Shown: piece by piece, positions 1-9,049 of the stretch | How positions within the stretch are numbered: position 1 is the first letter of the stretch | Layout of the letters: every line of letters begins with the position of its first letter | Virus record (IMG/VR): IMGVR_UViG_3300042542_006078 | Source of the DNA: a virus | Lineage: Duplodnaviria > Caudoviricetes | Length of the DNA stretch: 64,000 nucleotides | Strand: one strand, 5' to 3' | Notes under the pieces: generated by a model | The model's input: the letters and a program-made list of their open reading frames with translations, nothing else | Told to the model about the DNA's origin: nothing | Databases searched by the model: none | Made by a program: the position numbers and the translations under genes

Positions 1-441
1 ATTGACCTTAATAGTTTGTATGTGGAATACACTCCCGACGATTTCGGCCCAGAACTTCGTGATGTCCTTCCGACATCCAAGCTGCCATTCAGCTATCGAC
101 TTTCAAGTGGAAAGGACGAGCAAGAAATTCAAGACCATCGTGACAGAAGAATCAAGGCTTTTGGCGACAATGGTGTAGATGACACTTTGATCTACAGAAC
201 AGCGCAATTGCTAAATGATATTGATGGGATTGTAAATAAGAATGAATTGCAGATCCTTCTAAAGAATTTGCCAATTAATGATGTTTCTTACATCAGAAAC
301 TTGATTAACGAACCTCCATTTGGAGTAAACACAGATGTAGATATTGTTTGTCCAAGCTGCTTGGCCGAATTCAACATCGATCTGCCACTTGAAGCAAATT
401 TTTTCTTCCCTCGGCGAAAGAAGGCCAAGACCCAAGCATAG
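1..441 (+). CDS. Tail/baseplate assembly chaperone-like protein (5'-truncated by window), zinc-ribbon C-terminus
   Basis: Frame is open from base 1. C-terminal CPSC...IDLPLEANFFFPR resembles T4 gp26-like or tail assembly chaperones; followed by a -1 frame extension. Confidence 0.55.
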   Translation: MDLNSLYVEYTPDDFGPELRDVLPTSKLPFSYRLSSGKDEQEIQDHRDRRIKAFGDNGVDDTLIYRTAQLLNDIDGIVNKNELQILLKNLPINDVSYIRNLINEPPFGVNTDVDIVCPSCLAEFNIDLPLEANFFFPRRKKAKTQA

Positions 442-629
442 GTCTTTGGGAACAATTAGCCGAGGAAATATTCTTCTTTCAGTATCACATGCAGATGGAC
501 ATGACTATGTCTATGAGACTGCCTATCAATCTTAGAAAATGGCTGATTGAAAGATTCATACAGCAAAAAGAAAATGAAAAGCAGGCCGCAGACGCACAAC
601 AAAGAAAAGGCAGACAGAGGTCTAAATGA
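393..629 (+). CDS. -1 frame coding segment (GT-like extension of the chaperone), not in the ORF track
   Basis: Open from TGA at 390-392 to TGA at 627-629; reads ...LWEQLAEEIFFFQYHMQMDMTMSMRLPINLRKWLIERFIQQKENEK...; stop overlaps the next ATG (ATGA 626-629). Confidence 0.7.
   Translation, partial: SKFFLPSAKEGQDPSIGLWEQLAEEIFFFQYHMQMDMTMSMRLPINLRKWLIERFIQQKENEKQAADAQQRKGRQRSK
396..465 (+). promoter_or_regulatory. Putative -1 programmed ribosomal frameshift signal
   Basis: In-phase slippery heptamer A AAT TTT (396-402), 6-nt spacer, stem CCTCGGC (409-415)/GCCGAGG (459-465) enclosing hairpin AAGACC (427-432)/GGTCTT (441-446). Confidence 0.7.
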
Positions 630-1366
630 GCAAGGAAAGATACCAAAGCCCTGTATGCGGAGACACAGTAAACCTGAGATTGTTTACATATAACTCCAAT
701 AACAGGTCTAATGTTTCGAGTATTAGCAAAGTTAGCATCTTTACCATAGATGATTCTTTGAAAAGTGCTGAAAATCCTGAAGGATTAAGATTGGTCGAAG
801 AAATTGACGGAAGTCAGATTCAATTAGCTGAAACTGGTGAATACATCCTGCCTTTGTATATCAACCCAGATTTATATGGTGTTGGTCAACACTATGACTT
901 CTGGTCAGTAGTTTTTGAAAATGGAACATGTGCAAACGACGATATAAGAAACGCATTCAAGATTGCTCCTGATCTTTGGTTTACCAGTCCAAGCCCTATT
1001 CTTTACGACTTTAATTTTCAGTTCAGGCCAAATCGAGTTAGAAAAGGAAGCAAGAGGTATATCCTCATTAAAGTCACGCCTAATGTTCCACAAGGTGCCG
1101 ATCTAGTATCCTATTATGAAAATATTGCCATAGTCTCCGATATTAGGGTATCCATGGAAATCGCCTGCGGAGAATGTGTACCCGCAGAAACCGATCTAAG
1201 GCTCGTTGTAGATCGGCACCTTGTGGAATATAGGCAAGATAGCTACGCATATTGGTTTATAGATACAACTCAACTTGATGAGGGCATCTATAATGTTTGG
1301 TTTGAAACAACTCTTGGGGAAAGCACTTTCGTCTCTGAAAAATACGCTCTTCAGATTTACTCTTGA
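626..1366 (+). CDS. Hypothetical protein, possibly virion structural (beta-rich)
   Basis: 246-aa ORF coupled to the upstream frame by ATGA overlap and followed by a terminator; no recognisable catalytic motif. Confidence 0.6.
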   Translation: MSKERYQSPVCGDTVNLRLFTYNSNNRSNVSSISKVSIFTIDDSLKSAENPEGLRLVEEIDGSQIQLAETGEYILPLYINPDLYGVGQHYDFWSVVFENGTCANDDIRNAFKIAPDLWFTSPSPILYDFNFQFRPNRVRKGSKRYILIKVTPNVPQGADLVSYYENIAIVSDIRVSMEIACGECVPAETDLRLVVDRHLVEYRQDSYAYWFIDTTQLDEGIYNVWFETTLGESTFVSEKYALQIYS

Positions 1367-1378
1367 TGTATTTTACTT

Positions 1379-1415
1379 AAAAGCACAGACAGGATATTAC
1401 CTGTCTGTGCTTTTT
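1379..1415. terminator. Intrinsic terminator, potentially bidirectional
   Basis: AAAAGCACAGACAGG-atatta-CCTGTCTGTGCTTTT: perfect 15-bp inverted repeat with A and T tails. Confidence 0.85.
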
Positions 1416-1485
1416 CGTTTCAATAAACATTCAATCATATTGCTGTTTATTGTGTTGAGTCAAATACCATCATAGAGGTAATGTA

Positions 1486-3066
1486 ATGAGCGTTTCTCAG
1501 GCAAAAATTGACTTCTGGATTAAAAACAACTTCAATGTAATGTTCGTTGGTCGTCATGGTGTTGGTAAAACAGCTATGGTCACCGATGCCTTTGATCGCC
1601 ACAAATTGAGGTGGCGTTACTTTTCTGCATCAACGATGGACCCTTGGTGCGACTTCATCGGCGTTCCCAAAGAAAAAATTGACAATCCCTTGTGCGAACA
1701 AATGCAACTTGTTCGCCAAATTGCTGAAGTTAATTTCAGCACAGCGGTTTCATACATTCAGCAAAATTGGAAGTTGACAGATAAAAACGCTGCTGAAGAA
1801 CTTGTCAATCACGCCATGCGTGATAATGGCCCAGCATATCTTGAACTTGTAAGGCCGCAAGATTTTGCTAATGACCAAATCGAAGCCTTGTTCTTCGATG
1901 AATTCAATCGTAGCCCCAAGAAGATTCGCAACGCTGTTATGGAACTAATTCAATTCAAAAGCATTAATGGCAAGAAATTTTCCAACCTAAAAATCGTTTG
2001 GTGTGCCATCAATCCAGATAATGATGAAGCACTCAAGTATGATGTTGAAACACTTGACTCTGCACAAACTGACCGTTTTCAAGTTTCGGTAAACATTCCA
2101 TACAAACCAAACAAGGATTGGTTCCGTGCCACCTATGGCCAAAAGTTTGCTGATTCTGCAATCATGTGGTGGGAAAATCTGAACGAAGAGACTAAAAATG
2201 TTGTGAGCCCACGCAGGCTCCAATATGCATTGGACTGCTTTGTTGCCAAGGGTGACCCTAGGGATATTTTGCCAGCAAGCAGCAATGTGAATAAGTTGAT
2301 TGCAACTTTGAAAAATGGTCCAATCACGGATCAGGTTGAAGAGATCTTCAAGAACAAGGATAAGCAAGCTGCCAAAGATTTTATTCAGAATGAAAATAAT
2401 TTCTTTGATGCCATCAATCACATCCTTAAGTCTGTCACTATGACAAACTTCTTCGCCCCGACTATGGCAAAGGAGAAGATTACAAGCTTGATGTCGTCTG
2501 ATGAAAAGTTTTGTAAACATGTTATAGAAAATCTCGATGTTGTTCCAGTTTTTCATGGAATCTGCAAAGAAATTCTGAAAGCTAATCTTGATGCCGTGCT
2601 TGTCAAGAAGATCAGAAAAACTCTGACCGAAAATGAGAAGATCCAGAAGGCCTTTATCAAGGATTCAATTGAGGAGCCTAAAAGCTCAGTTGCCCCTCAT
2701 TTCAACAAAAACAAGCTGGACTGGGGCGTTGAGTTAACAAGTTTGGAATCAATGCCATTAAATAATTCGCACGACAAGATTATCATTTATGACAAGATAA
2801 TCAAAAACATACCTGAAAAATTAGATTTCGGTTCTGCCATGAGAACTTTGAAATTGATTTGCAAAGTTGTCGAGCCATTTCACAACAACTTGATTGAACT
2901 TGATAAGATGTTTGGGACAGTCAACCATTGTTTGGTTTCTATTCAGAAGGAAAAAAAAGTTTCCTTCCAAGAAATCTACAAAATGCAAGTAGATGAATTC
3001 AATATTTTGCTTAACAAGATTCGCCAACAAGAACTCGATTGGAAGATGGTGCGTGATGAGCAATAA
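1486..3066 (+). CDS. MoxR-like AAA+ ATPase
   Basis: Walker A GRHGVGKT, Walker B FFDEFNR, sensor CAINP, DRF arginine-finger region; adjacent VWA gene. Confidence 0.85.
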   Translation: MSVSQAKIDFWIKNNFNVMFVGRHGVGKTAMVTDAFDRHKLRWRYFSASTMDPWCDFIGVPKEKIDNPLCEQMQLVRQIAEVNFSTAVSYIQQNWKLTDKNAAEELVNHAMRDNGPAYLELVRPQDFANDQIEALFFDEFNRSPKKIRNAVMELIQFKSINGKKFSNLKIVWCAINPDNDEALKYDVETLDSAQTDRFQVSVNIPYKPNKDWFRATYGQKFADSAIMWWENLNEETKNVVSPRRLQYALDCFVAKGDPRDILPASSNVNKLIATLKNGPITDQVEEIFKNKDKQAAKDFIQNENNFFDAINHILKSVTMTNFFAPTMAKEKITSLMSSDEKFCKHVIENLDVVPVFHGICKEILKANLDAVLVKKIRKTLTENEKIQKAFIKDSIEEPKSSVAPHFNKNKLDWGVELTSLESMPLNNSHDKIIIYDKIIKNIPEKLDFGSAMRTLKLICKVVEPFHNNLIELDKMFGTVNHCLVSIQKEKKVSFQEIYKMQVDEFNILLNKIRQQELDWKMVRDEQ

Positions 3067-4372
3067 CAAGATTTCCAACGAAGAATGGCTTGAGATTTCC
3101 AATGAGTTGGAACCACACCATGCTGTTTTTTACAAAGTTTGGCAGATGGGAAGGCCTGTTTTTGATGAAAGCATTACCACAGCCTGTGTTCAATTTGACA
3201 AGGATGGTAATTTTATTGTCTTTCGTTTCAATCCTTCTTTTTGGAATTCTTTGGACCTATATAACAAACTGTTTGTGATTTGCCATGAGGCTCTTCACAT
3301 TGTTCTGAATCATGGAATCAGGGCAAAAGACTCAGGTTGTAATCAGCAAGCCACAAATGTGGCCATGGACATTGTTGTAAATCACACACTTGTCCGTGGT
3401 TTTGGGTTTTCAAGGAAGCTTATTGAAAACTCTGAGGACTATTGTTGGGTTGACACTGTATTCAAAAAACATGATCCCTTGCCATCCGATAATGAGAACT
3501 TTGAATATTATTACAACCTCTTTGAACAAGAGTTTGGCAACAACGGTATGGGTTCGGAAAAAGGCGAAAAGGGAAGTTCTCAGCATCCTTCAACTGTTGA
3601 CGATCACTCTGGTCTTGGAGACCAATCTTCTGATTGGGAAGAGGTTATTGATCAACTCAGCAATGAACTCTCTGATGAAGAAAAGAAAACACTCGAATCA
3701 ACGATTAAAAAACATTTCCAAAAAAAATCTGATCCAAATGAACAAAGCGATAAGATTGCAGGCTCTGGTACTGGAGGACAATGGGTTTTTATTTCTGGAG
3801 AAAGGCCTAAAAAGAAAAAGAAATGGGAGACTTGTATCAAGAAATGGGCTATGAAATCTGTTAAAAACGACGATATTGAAACAGAACAATGGGTCAAGCT
3901 TAATAGGCGCATGTCCTTGCTTGGAAGAAACCTACTAGTTCCTTCCGACATGGAAACAGAAGATAGGAATCAAGAACTAAAGAAGATTGATGTGTGGTTC
4001 TTTCTCGACACAAGTGGTAGCTGTTGGAATTTGAAAGATAGATTTTTTGCAGCAGCCGAATCGCTTCCAGAAGAGCAATTCGCAATAAGGCTTTTCTGTT
4101 TCGACACTACTGTTCAGGAAACCAATTTGAAAGATAGAAAAGTATATGGTGGTGGAGGAACATCATTCTTGATTATTGAGAATCATATCAAAAATGTGAT
4201 CAAGAAAGAAAGTTGTAAATACCCATCATCAGTTTGGATTATTACTGATGGTTTTGGAGACGGTGTTAAACCACAACATCCAGATAGATGGAATTGGTTC
4301 TTGACAGAAGACGGATATGATCGATTCATTCCAGCAGAATCATTGAAATACAAACTCAAGGATTATGAGTGA
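3056..4372 (+). CDS. Metallopeptidase-like (HEXXH) plus VWA domain protein
   Basis: HEALH motif, NVAMD, MIDAS-like DTSGS, GGGGT and ITDG motifs. Start reassigned to ATG 3056 (MSNNKIS), overlapping the ATPase end. Confidence 0.85.
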   Translation: MSNNKISNEEWLEISNELEPHHAVFYKVWQMGRPVFDESITTACVQFDKDGNFIVFRFNPSFWNSLDLYNKLFVICHEALHIVLNHGIRAKDSGCNQQATNVAMDIVVNHTLVRGFGFSRKLIENSEDYCWVDTVFKKHDPLPSDNENFEYYYNLFEQEFGNNGMGSEKGEKGSSQHPSTVDDHSGLGDQSSDWEEVIDQLSNELSDEEKKTLESTIKKHFQKKSDPNEQSDKIAGSGTGGQWVFISGERPKKKKKWETCIKKWAMKSVKNDDIETEQWVKLNRRMSLLGRNLLVPSDMETEDRNQELKKIDVWFFLDTSGSCWNLKDRFFAAAESLPEEQFAIRLFCFDTTVQETNLKDRKVYGGGGTSFLIIENHIKNVIKKESCKYPSSVWIITDGFGDGVKPQHPDRWNWFLTEDGYDRFIPAESLKYKLKDYE

Positions 4373-4947
4373 TTATCCTTTGATTCTTGCATCAATATGT
4401 CTTTGTCGAAGAAGAAATCATCACCCAACTTCAGCAGATGCTCTAATGCTACTGCTGTCCACTTTCCATATTTCATGGAATATTTGAATTCATGATCAGA
4501 CAATTCATTAGTAAGAACAAAAGCAAGCCAAGGTTTTCTTGTCTTTTTCCAACACATAATTGGTTTTCTGCCACACCTTTTACTGTCGCTCATAGCTTGA
4601 TCAAGGAAGCCGTCTATTTCGCTATTTCCACGAACAAAAATAGAATTCATATCAATTCCATCGTATCCACCTTTGGATTCAATCACAAACTTGAATGCCT
4701 TGGGCACAACCAAATCACCACTAAAAACTTCTCTGGCGTGTTTTGGCAAATTATCAACTTGAGACCAGCGGTTACCCGATCCAACTGATCTTGAGAAACT
4801 TTGACCAAATCTTTCGGTAAGAATTTTTGAAAGGTCAAGCTCCGTTCGGCTTCCTTTCTTTTTACCATTTACTTTTTTCTTAATTTTCTTTTTATTGACT
4901 ATATCATCTGATATAAAATCATCGAAATCTTCAAATTCGTGTGTCAT
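4363..4947 (-). CDS. Holliday junction resolvase-like PD-(D/E)XK nuclease
   Basis: KKGSRTELDLSKIL N-terminal motif, GDLV and IESK motifs typical of Hjc-type resolvases. Confidence 0.7.
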   Translation of the reverse strand: MTHEFEDFDDFISDDIVNKKKIKKKVNGKKKGSRTELDLSKILTERFGQSFSRSVGSGNRWSQVDNLPKHAREVFSGDLVVPKAFKFVIESKGGYDGIDMNSIFVRGNSEIDGFLDQAMSDSKRCGRKPIMCWKKTRKPWLAFVLTNELSDHEFKYSMKYGKWTAVALEHLLKLGDDFFFDKDILMQESKDNHS

Positions 4948-4966
4948 GTAATAGATGAGTAAAAAA

Positions 4967-6106
4967 TCAACGATTTATAATTACGCTCATTTCTTCCAAT
5001 TCTTTTTTCTTGCTTTCCAGATCGGCTAGCAATTCTTCAAATTCTAAAGAACCTATTGAATTTTCTTGAGCCAATTGTTCTGCATATTGCCTAATATTAT
5101 TGACGATATCAATTATTTGATCGCATTTCCTATCAAGAAGATCGAGTCTCAAATTAGAAGAAACAACAACAGCGGGTTTTTCAACTTTTTTCAATCTTTC
5201 GTTCTCATCTAGTTCAGTTATAAATTTACAAGAATGTTCAGATTGTTTGATTTCATATCTAACCCCATCAAATGTCCAAGGAACAGCCTCAGATTTGACA
5301 ACATCATATTTCAATACAGAATTGACATGAAAATTTTCCGAGTCGGTTTTGAAACACCAAACTTGTCCATCGGGTATTTCAATTAATTTCTGAGATCTAG
5401 AAAATCCTTTAATGGTATTGCATTCTTTAATTGCTTCTTCCCATATTGCTGGCTCAGAAATGAAAAATATTTGACCTAATGATTCCCTTGTATCAACTAC
5501 CCATAGTGGTCGGTGTTGATTGCGAAAAAGCCAAAGCCATCTTTCTCCATTTGATCCTCTTTTACCGACAGCTACAGCCATGTGTCCTTCATTAATCAAT
5601 GAAAAAATATCTTTAATTCCAGAAGTCACTTCCTGAGGCATGATGTCATCAAATTTTTCAATCATGCTTGCGTTTTCAAGTATTCTAAGAAGAATTTCAG
5701 AATCACAGTTAGATTTGACAGCGTATTTTTGTTTCAGGTTATTGTATTCAATATCATCAACTCTGCCATTGTGTACAAGGCATAATGACTTGTCTTGGCT
5801 GATAAAAGGATGATTGTTGGCATTTATTGCTGGTTCTCCAACTCCTTTTGAAGCTCCTCTGGTGTGGCACAAAATCATGTTGAATTCATAATTGCTCAAA
5901 TCACGCCAAACATCTTTTTTTACAAATTCTTTTGATCTTGTTGGTTCTTTGTGGAATAAAACGGCTCCATCAGCACCTTTTTCTGTGCCGTAAAAACCGC
6001 TTGCGTCTACTCCTCTTGATTCACTTTTTTCAAAAATTTTAGATAAAATATGAAAAGAAATTATAGGCTTTTTAGATTGGCCTATAAATCCAGCTAATCC
6101 ACAAAT
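4967..6106 (-). CDS. Class II (Ntn) glutamine amidotransferase domain protein, ATT-initiated
   Basis: Frame extends 69 codons beyond the track start to ATT-TGT-GGA (I/M-CGLAGFIG...SRGVDASG), then HTRGAS, NNHPF, HNG, CDSE. In-frame TGA lies two codons upstream; SD GAGGTG precedes. Confidence 0.8.
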   Translation of the reverse strand: MCGLAGFIGQSKKPIISFHILSKIFEKSESRGVDASGFYGTEKGADGAVLFHKEPTRSKEFVKKDVWRDLSNYEFNMILCHTRGASKGVGEPAINANNHPFISQDKSLCLVHNGRVDDIEYNNLKQKYAVKSNCDSEILLRILENASMIEKFDDIMPQEVTSGIKDIFSLINEGHMAVAVGKRGSNGERWLWLFRNQHRPLWVVDTRESLGQIFFISEPAIWEEAIKECNTIKGFSRSQKLIEIPDGQVWCFKTDSENFHVNSVLKYDVVKSEAVPWTFDGVRYEIKQSEHSCKFITELDENERLKKVEKPAVVVSSNLRLDLLDRKCDQIIDIVNNIRQYAEQLAQENSIGSLEFEELLADLESKKKELEEMSVIINR

Positions 6107-6120
6107 ATATCACCTCTCAA

Positions 6121-6690
6121 TCAAAAAGCATCCAAAGGTCCAGAACTGCCTCCAAGTGGTGGTGCTGCCATATCTTGTCCCGTGCTTCCTGTAGGAGGAG
6201 TTCCTTGCGGAGTTGCTTCCATTGTTTCAGGAGAGGCTGGGGCTCCTGCCGCAGCAGGAGGAGGTGCTGGTTCGGCTTTCTGGGGCTTGTTTTCTGTGCC
6301 AGCAGTTGTTTTTGCATCCTTGGTCTGGTCTTTTGGAGATTCAGTTGGAGCTAATTTGTTGATTGGCGCACCTAAGTCCGAAACTAATTTCTCAAGAAGT
6401 CCCACAACAGCAGAAACAGTACCGGGAAGATCACTTTTTTCATCGATAGCTTTCATCAATGCTACACCAGCCTTTTGCAAAGTCAAAAGATTTGGCTGTT
6501 CATCTTTAGGCCAACTACTATGCAAAATTCTACGAATAAGGTTGACAATACGCATGGAGTATTGCGTTAAATCTCTTGTGCCCATATTAGGAGCATCATC
6601 ACGCAATTCCTGTAAAGCGGCGAGTATGTCGCCTACTTTTTGGGCCAAATAAACCCTGTTTTCGTTAAGTAAAAAATCTTTGAATCTCAT
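6121..6690 (-). CDS. Putative internal head protein (capsid-targeting-like N-terminus, Pro/Ala-rich tail)
   Basis: Begins MRFKDFLLNE, resembling T4 internal-protein leader MKTYQEFIAE; low-complexity C-terminus. Confidence 0.55.
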   Translation of the reverse strand: MRFKDFLLNENRVYLAQKVGDILAALQELRDDAPNMGTRDLTQYSMRIVNLIRRILHSSWPKDEQPNLLTLQKAGVALMKAIDEKSDLPGTVSAVVGLLEKLVSDLGAPINKLAPTESPKDQTKDAKTTAGTENKPQKAEPAPPPAAAGAPASPETMEATPQGTPPTGSTGQDMAAPPLGGSSGPLDAF

Positions 6691-8327
6691 ATTTTATCTA
6701 TAGTTGCGACATTTGTTTTATTTTTCATAGCAGCCGCTACTAATCCCTTAAAAAGAGGCGAAGCTGATAACAAACGAGACTTAAATTCAGGATGTGCCTG
6801 AGTACCAATAAAATAAGGATGAATAGACTTATCCATCTCCATGATCTCTACCAGCCCCGATCCTACACTTACTCCAGAAACAAAAAATCCTTTTTTGGCA
6901 TATTGTTCAATATAATTTGGATTAACTTCGTAACGATGACGGTGTCTTTCATAAATTATCTTTTTGCCATAAAGATTAAAAGCTAAACTATCCTTATTAA
7001 GCTCGCATTCATATGCTCCCAATCTCATGTTCGCAGATTTCTTTTGCAATTTCTCTTGTCCATCAACAAAATGAACAACTGGATTAGAAGTGTTTTTATC
7101 AAACTCAAGACTGTTTGCATCTGCCATTCCACAAACATTTCTAGCAAATTCAACAACAGCCATTTGAAGACCAAGACAAATTCCTAAAAATGGAATTTTT
7201 CTTTCACGGCAATACTGGATTGCTTTTATTTTACCTTCAGTACCCCTGTTATCAAAACCGCCGGGAATAATTACACCATCTAAACCTTCAAAATATTTAT
7301 GAAGACTACATATATCTTTGTATTTTTCAATTTCTTCTGCCTTAATCCAACGAATATTTACCTTTACATCATTCGCTACACCAGCATGAATTAAAGCTTC
7401 TTTAAGGCTCATGTAAGCTTCATCGCAATTGTCATACTTGCCAAATACACCAATTTCAATTGCTTTTTCATGATTGCCAACATATTTCTCTACAACATCA
7501 CGATACTTGTGAATGCGACAAGAGCTTCTGTTAAGTCTAAATAAGTCAACAAACAAATCATCAACATGACGATTGTAAAATTCCAAAGGAACCTGATAAA
7601 TGCTTGAAACATCAGGAGCCTCAAAAATACATTCTCTTTTTACATTCGTAAGTTGGCTTACCTTATTCAGAATTTTTTCTGGAACATGTTTATCTACACG
7701 ACAGAAAATAGCATCTGGCTGTAAACCATGTCTCTGTAATTCTTTCACAGCGTTCTGCAATGGTTTTGATTTGAACTCTTTGATTGTATTTACCCAGAGA
7801 ATAGGGGCAACCATTACAACAAGGACATCGTCCTTCAATTTCTGTTTGAATTGTCTCATGGCCTCAAAAAAGGCGTAGCTTTCGCTGTCTCCAACTGTGC
7901 CTCCTATTTCGGCAATCACAATATCCTTTTCTTTGCCGAGATCAAGAAGTCTTTCGTGTACCTTATCGGTGATGTGAGGACTAAGCTGTATTGTTTGGCC
8001 AAGATATTTGCCTGTTTCTTGTTCTTCAATTAATTCTTTGTACAAAGTGCCGCTTGTGCATATGTTCGATTTACTCATGTTGATACCGGCAATTCGCTCA
8101 TAATGGCCAAGATCAAGATCGGTTTCAGTACCGTCATCACAAAGGAAGCATTCTCCGTGTTCCCTTGGAGCAAGAATACCAGCATTCGTATTCAAATATG
8201 GATCAAACTTGATTAAATCGATTCTGTGTCCACGAAATTTGAGCAGCAAACCAATACTAGCAGCCGATACACCCTTACCTGTGCCGCTGATTACACCGCC
8301 AACGACAATTATATATTTGCACGACAT
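6687..8327 (-). CDS. pyrG: CTP synthase
   Basis: GGVISGTGKG, KFDPYLN, ETDLDLGHYER, EIGGTVGD, GICLGLQ (catalytic Cys), ERHRHRYEVN, QAHPEF. Start at ATG 8327 after SD GAGG. Confidence 0.97.
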   Translation of the reverse strand: MSCKYIIVVGGVISGTGKGVSAASIGLLLKFRGHRIDLIKFDPYLNTNAGILAPREHGECFLCDDGTETDLDLGHYERIAGINMSKSNICTSGTLYKELIEEQETGKYLGQTIQLSPHITDKVHERLLDLGKEKDIVIAEIGGTVGDSESYAFFEAMRQFKQKLKDDVLVVMVAPILWVNTIKEFKSKPLQNAVKELQRHGLQPDAIFCRVDKHVPEKILNKVSQLTNVKRECIFEAPDVSSIYQVPLEFYNRHVDDLFVDLFRLNRSSCRIHKYRDVVEKYVGNHEKAIEIGVFGKYDNCDEAYMSLKEALIHAGVANDVKVNIRWIKAEEIEKYKDICSLHKYFEGLDGVIIPGGFDNRGTEGKIKAIQYCRERKIPFLGICLGLQMAVVEFARNVCGMADANSLEFDKNTSNPVVHFVDGQEKLQKKSANMRLGAYECELNKDSLAFNLYGKKIIYERHRHRYEVNPNYIEQYAKKGFFVSGVSVGSGLVEIMEMDKSIHPYFIGTQAHPEFKSRLLSASPLFKGLVAAAMKNKTNVATIDKI

Positions 8328-8399
8328 TATCTTTACCTCTTGCTTAAGAGAGTATCGTAGCAAAAATCAGAGAATTTTACAAGAAAAGAATGATGGAAT

Positions 8400-9035
8400 T
8401 CAGTTCAATCTTGCGTAAATCATGTAGCAGCAAGTGTCTATATGCAGCTTTTCGAGTACACATTCATATCCTAATTTTTTGAATCTGTCTAAAATTGCAA
8501 GAGTAAAATAACATTCTTGTAATCTATCAGCAAAAAATCCGCATGAGTGTGTTTCAATAGCCCATTGTTTTACTTTCAGGATATTATCATCAGATTCATT
8601 CAAAATGAAAGCAAACTCAAAACCTTCAACATCTAATTTAAGAAAATCAATATTTTTTAACTCGTATTTTTTCAATATTTTTGCCAAATCAACTTGTTCT
8701 TTTGGCGTATTATCGCTTAAATATTTTATATCTCTATTATTTACAAGCGCATTTACAGGTACAATTTTTTTAATTTTTTTGGAATTTTTGACAAGATACT
8801 CATAAACACTTGGATCAAATTCAAAACTTATGATCTTTTTGGCTTTTTTACTTGCTGCAAGTAGACTGAAGATTCCAATACTTGCTCCACAGTCTACTAC
8901 AACATCTCCTTCTTTTATGTTCAGACCATGACGGAAATACTCTTGGTCTTCCCATATTTCTTTGTGAAATTTTTTATACATTTCAACAGTTTGCTCGCCC
9001 CAAGAGGGATTGAGCTTAAAATCTGAAAATTCCAT
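8400..9035 (-). CDS. FkbM-family SAM methyltransferase
   Basis: VVDCGASIG and FLKLDVEGFE motifs; start at ATG 9035 after AAGGA. Confidence 0.85.
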   Translation of the reverse strand: MEFSDFKLNPSWGEQTVEMYKKFHKEIWEDQEYFRHGLNIKEGDVVVDCGASIGIFSLLAASKKAKKIISFEFDPSVYEYLVKNSKKIKKIVPVNALVNNRDIKYLSDNTPKEQVDLAKILKKYELKNIDFLKLDVEGFEFAFILNESDDNILKVKQWAIETHSCGFFADRLQECYFTLAILDRFKKLGYECVLEKLHIDTCCYMIYARLN

Positions 9036-9049
9036 AAGTATTTCCTTCC

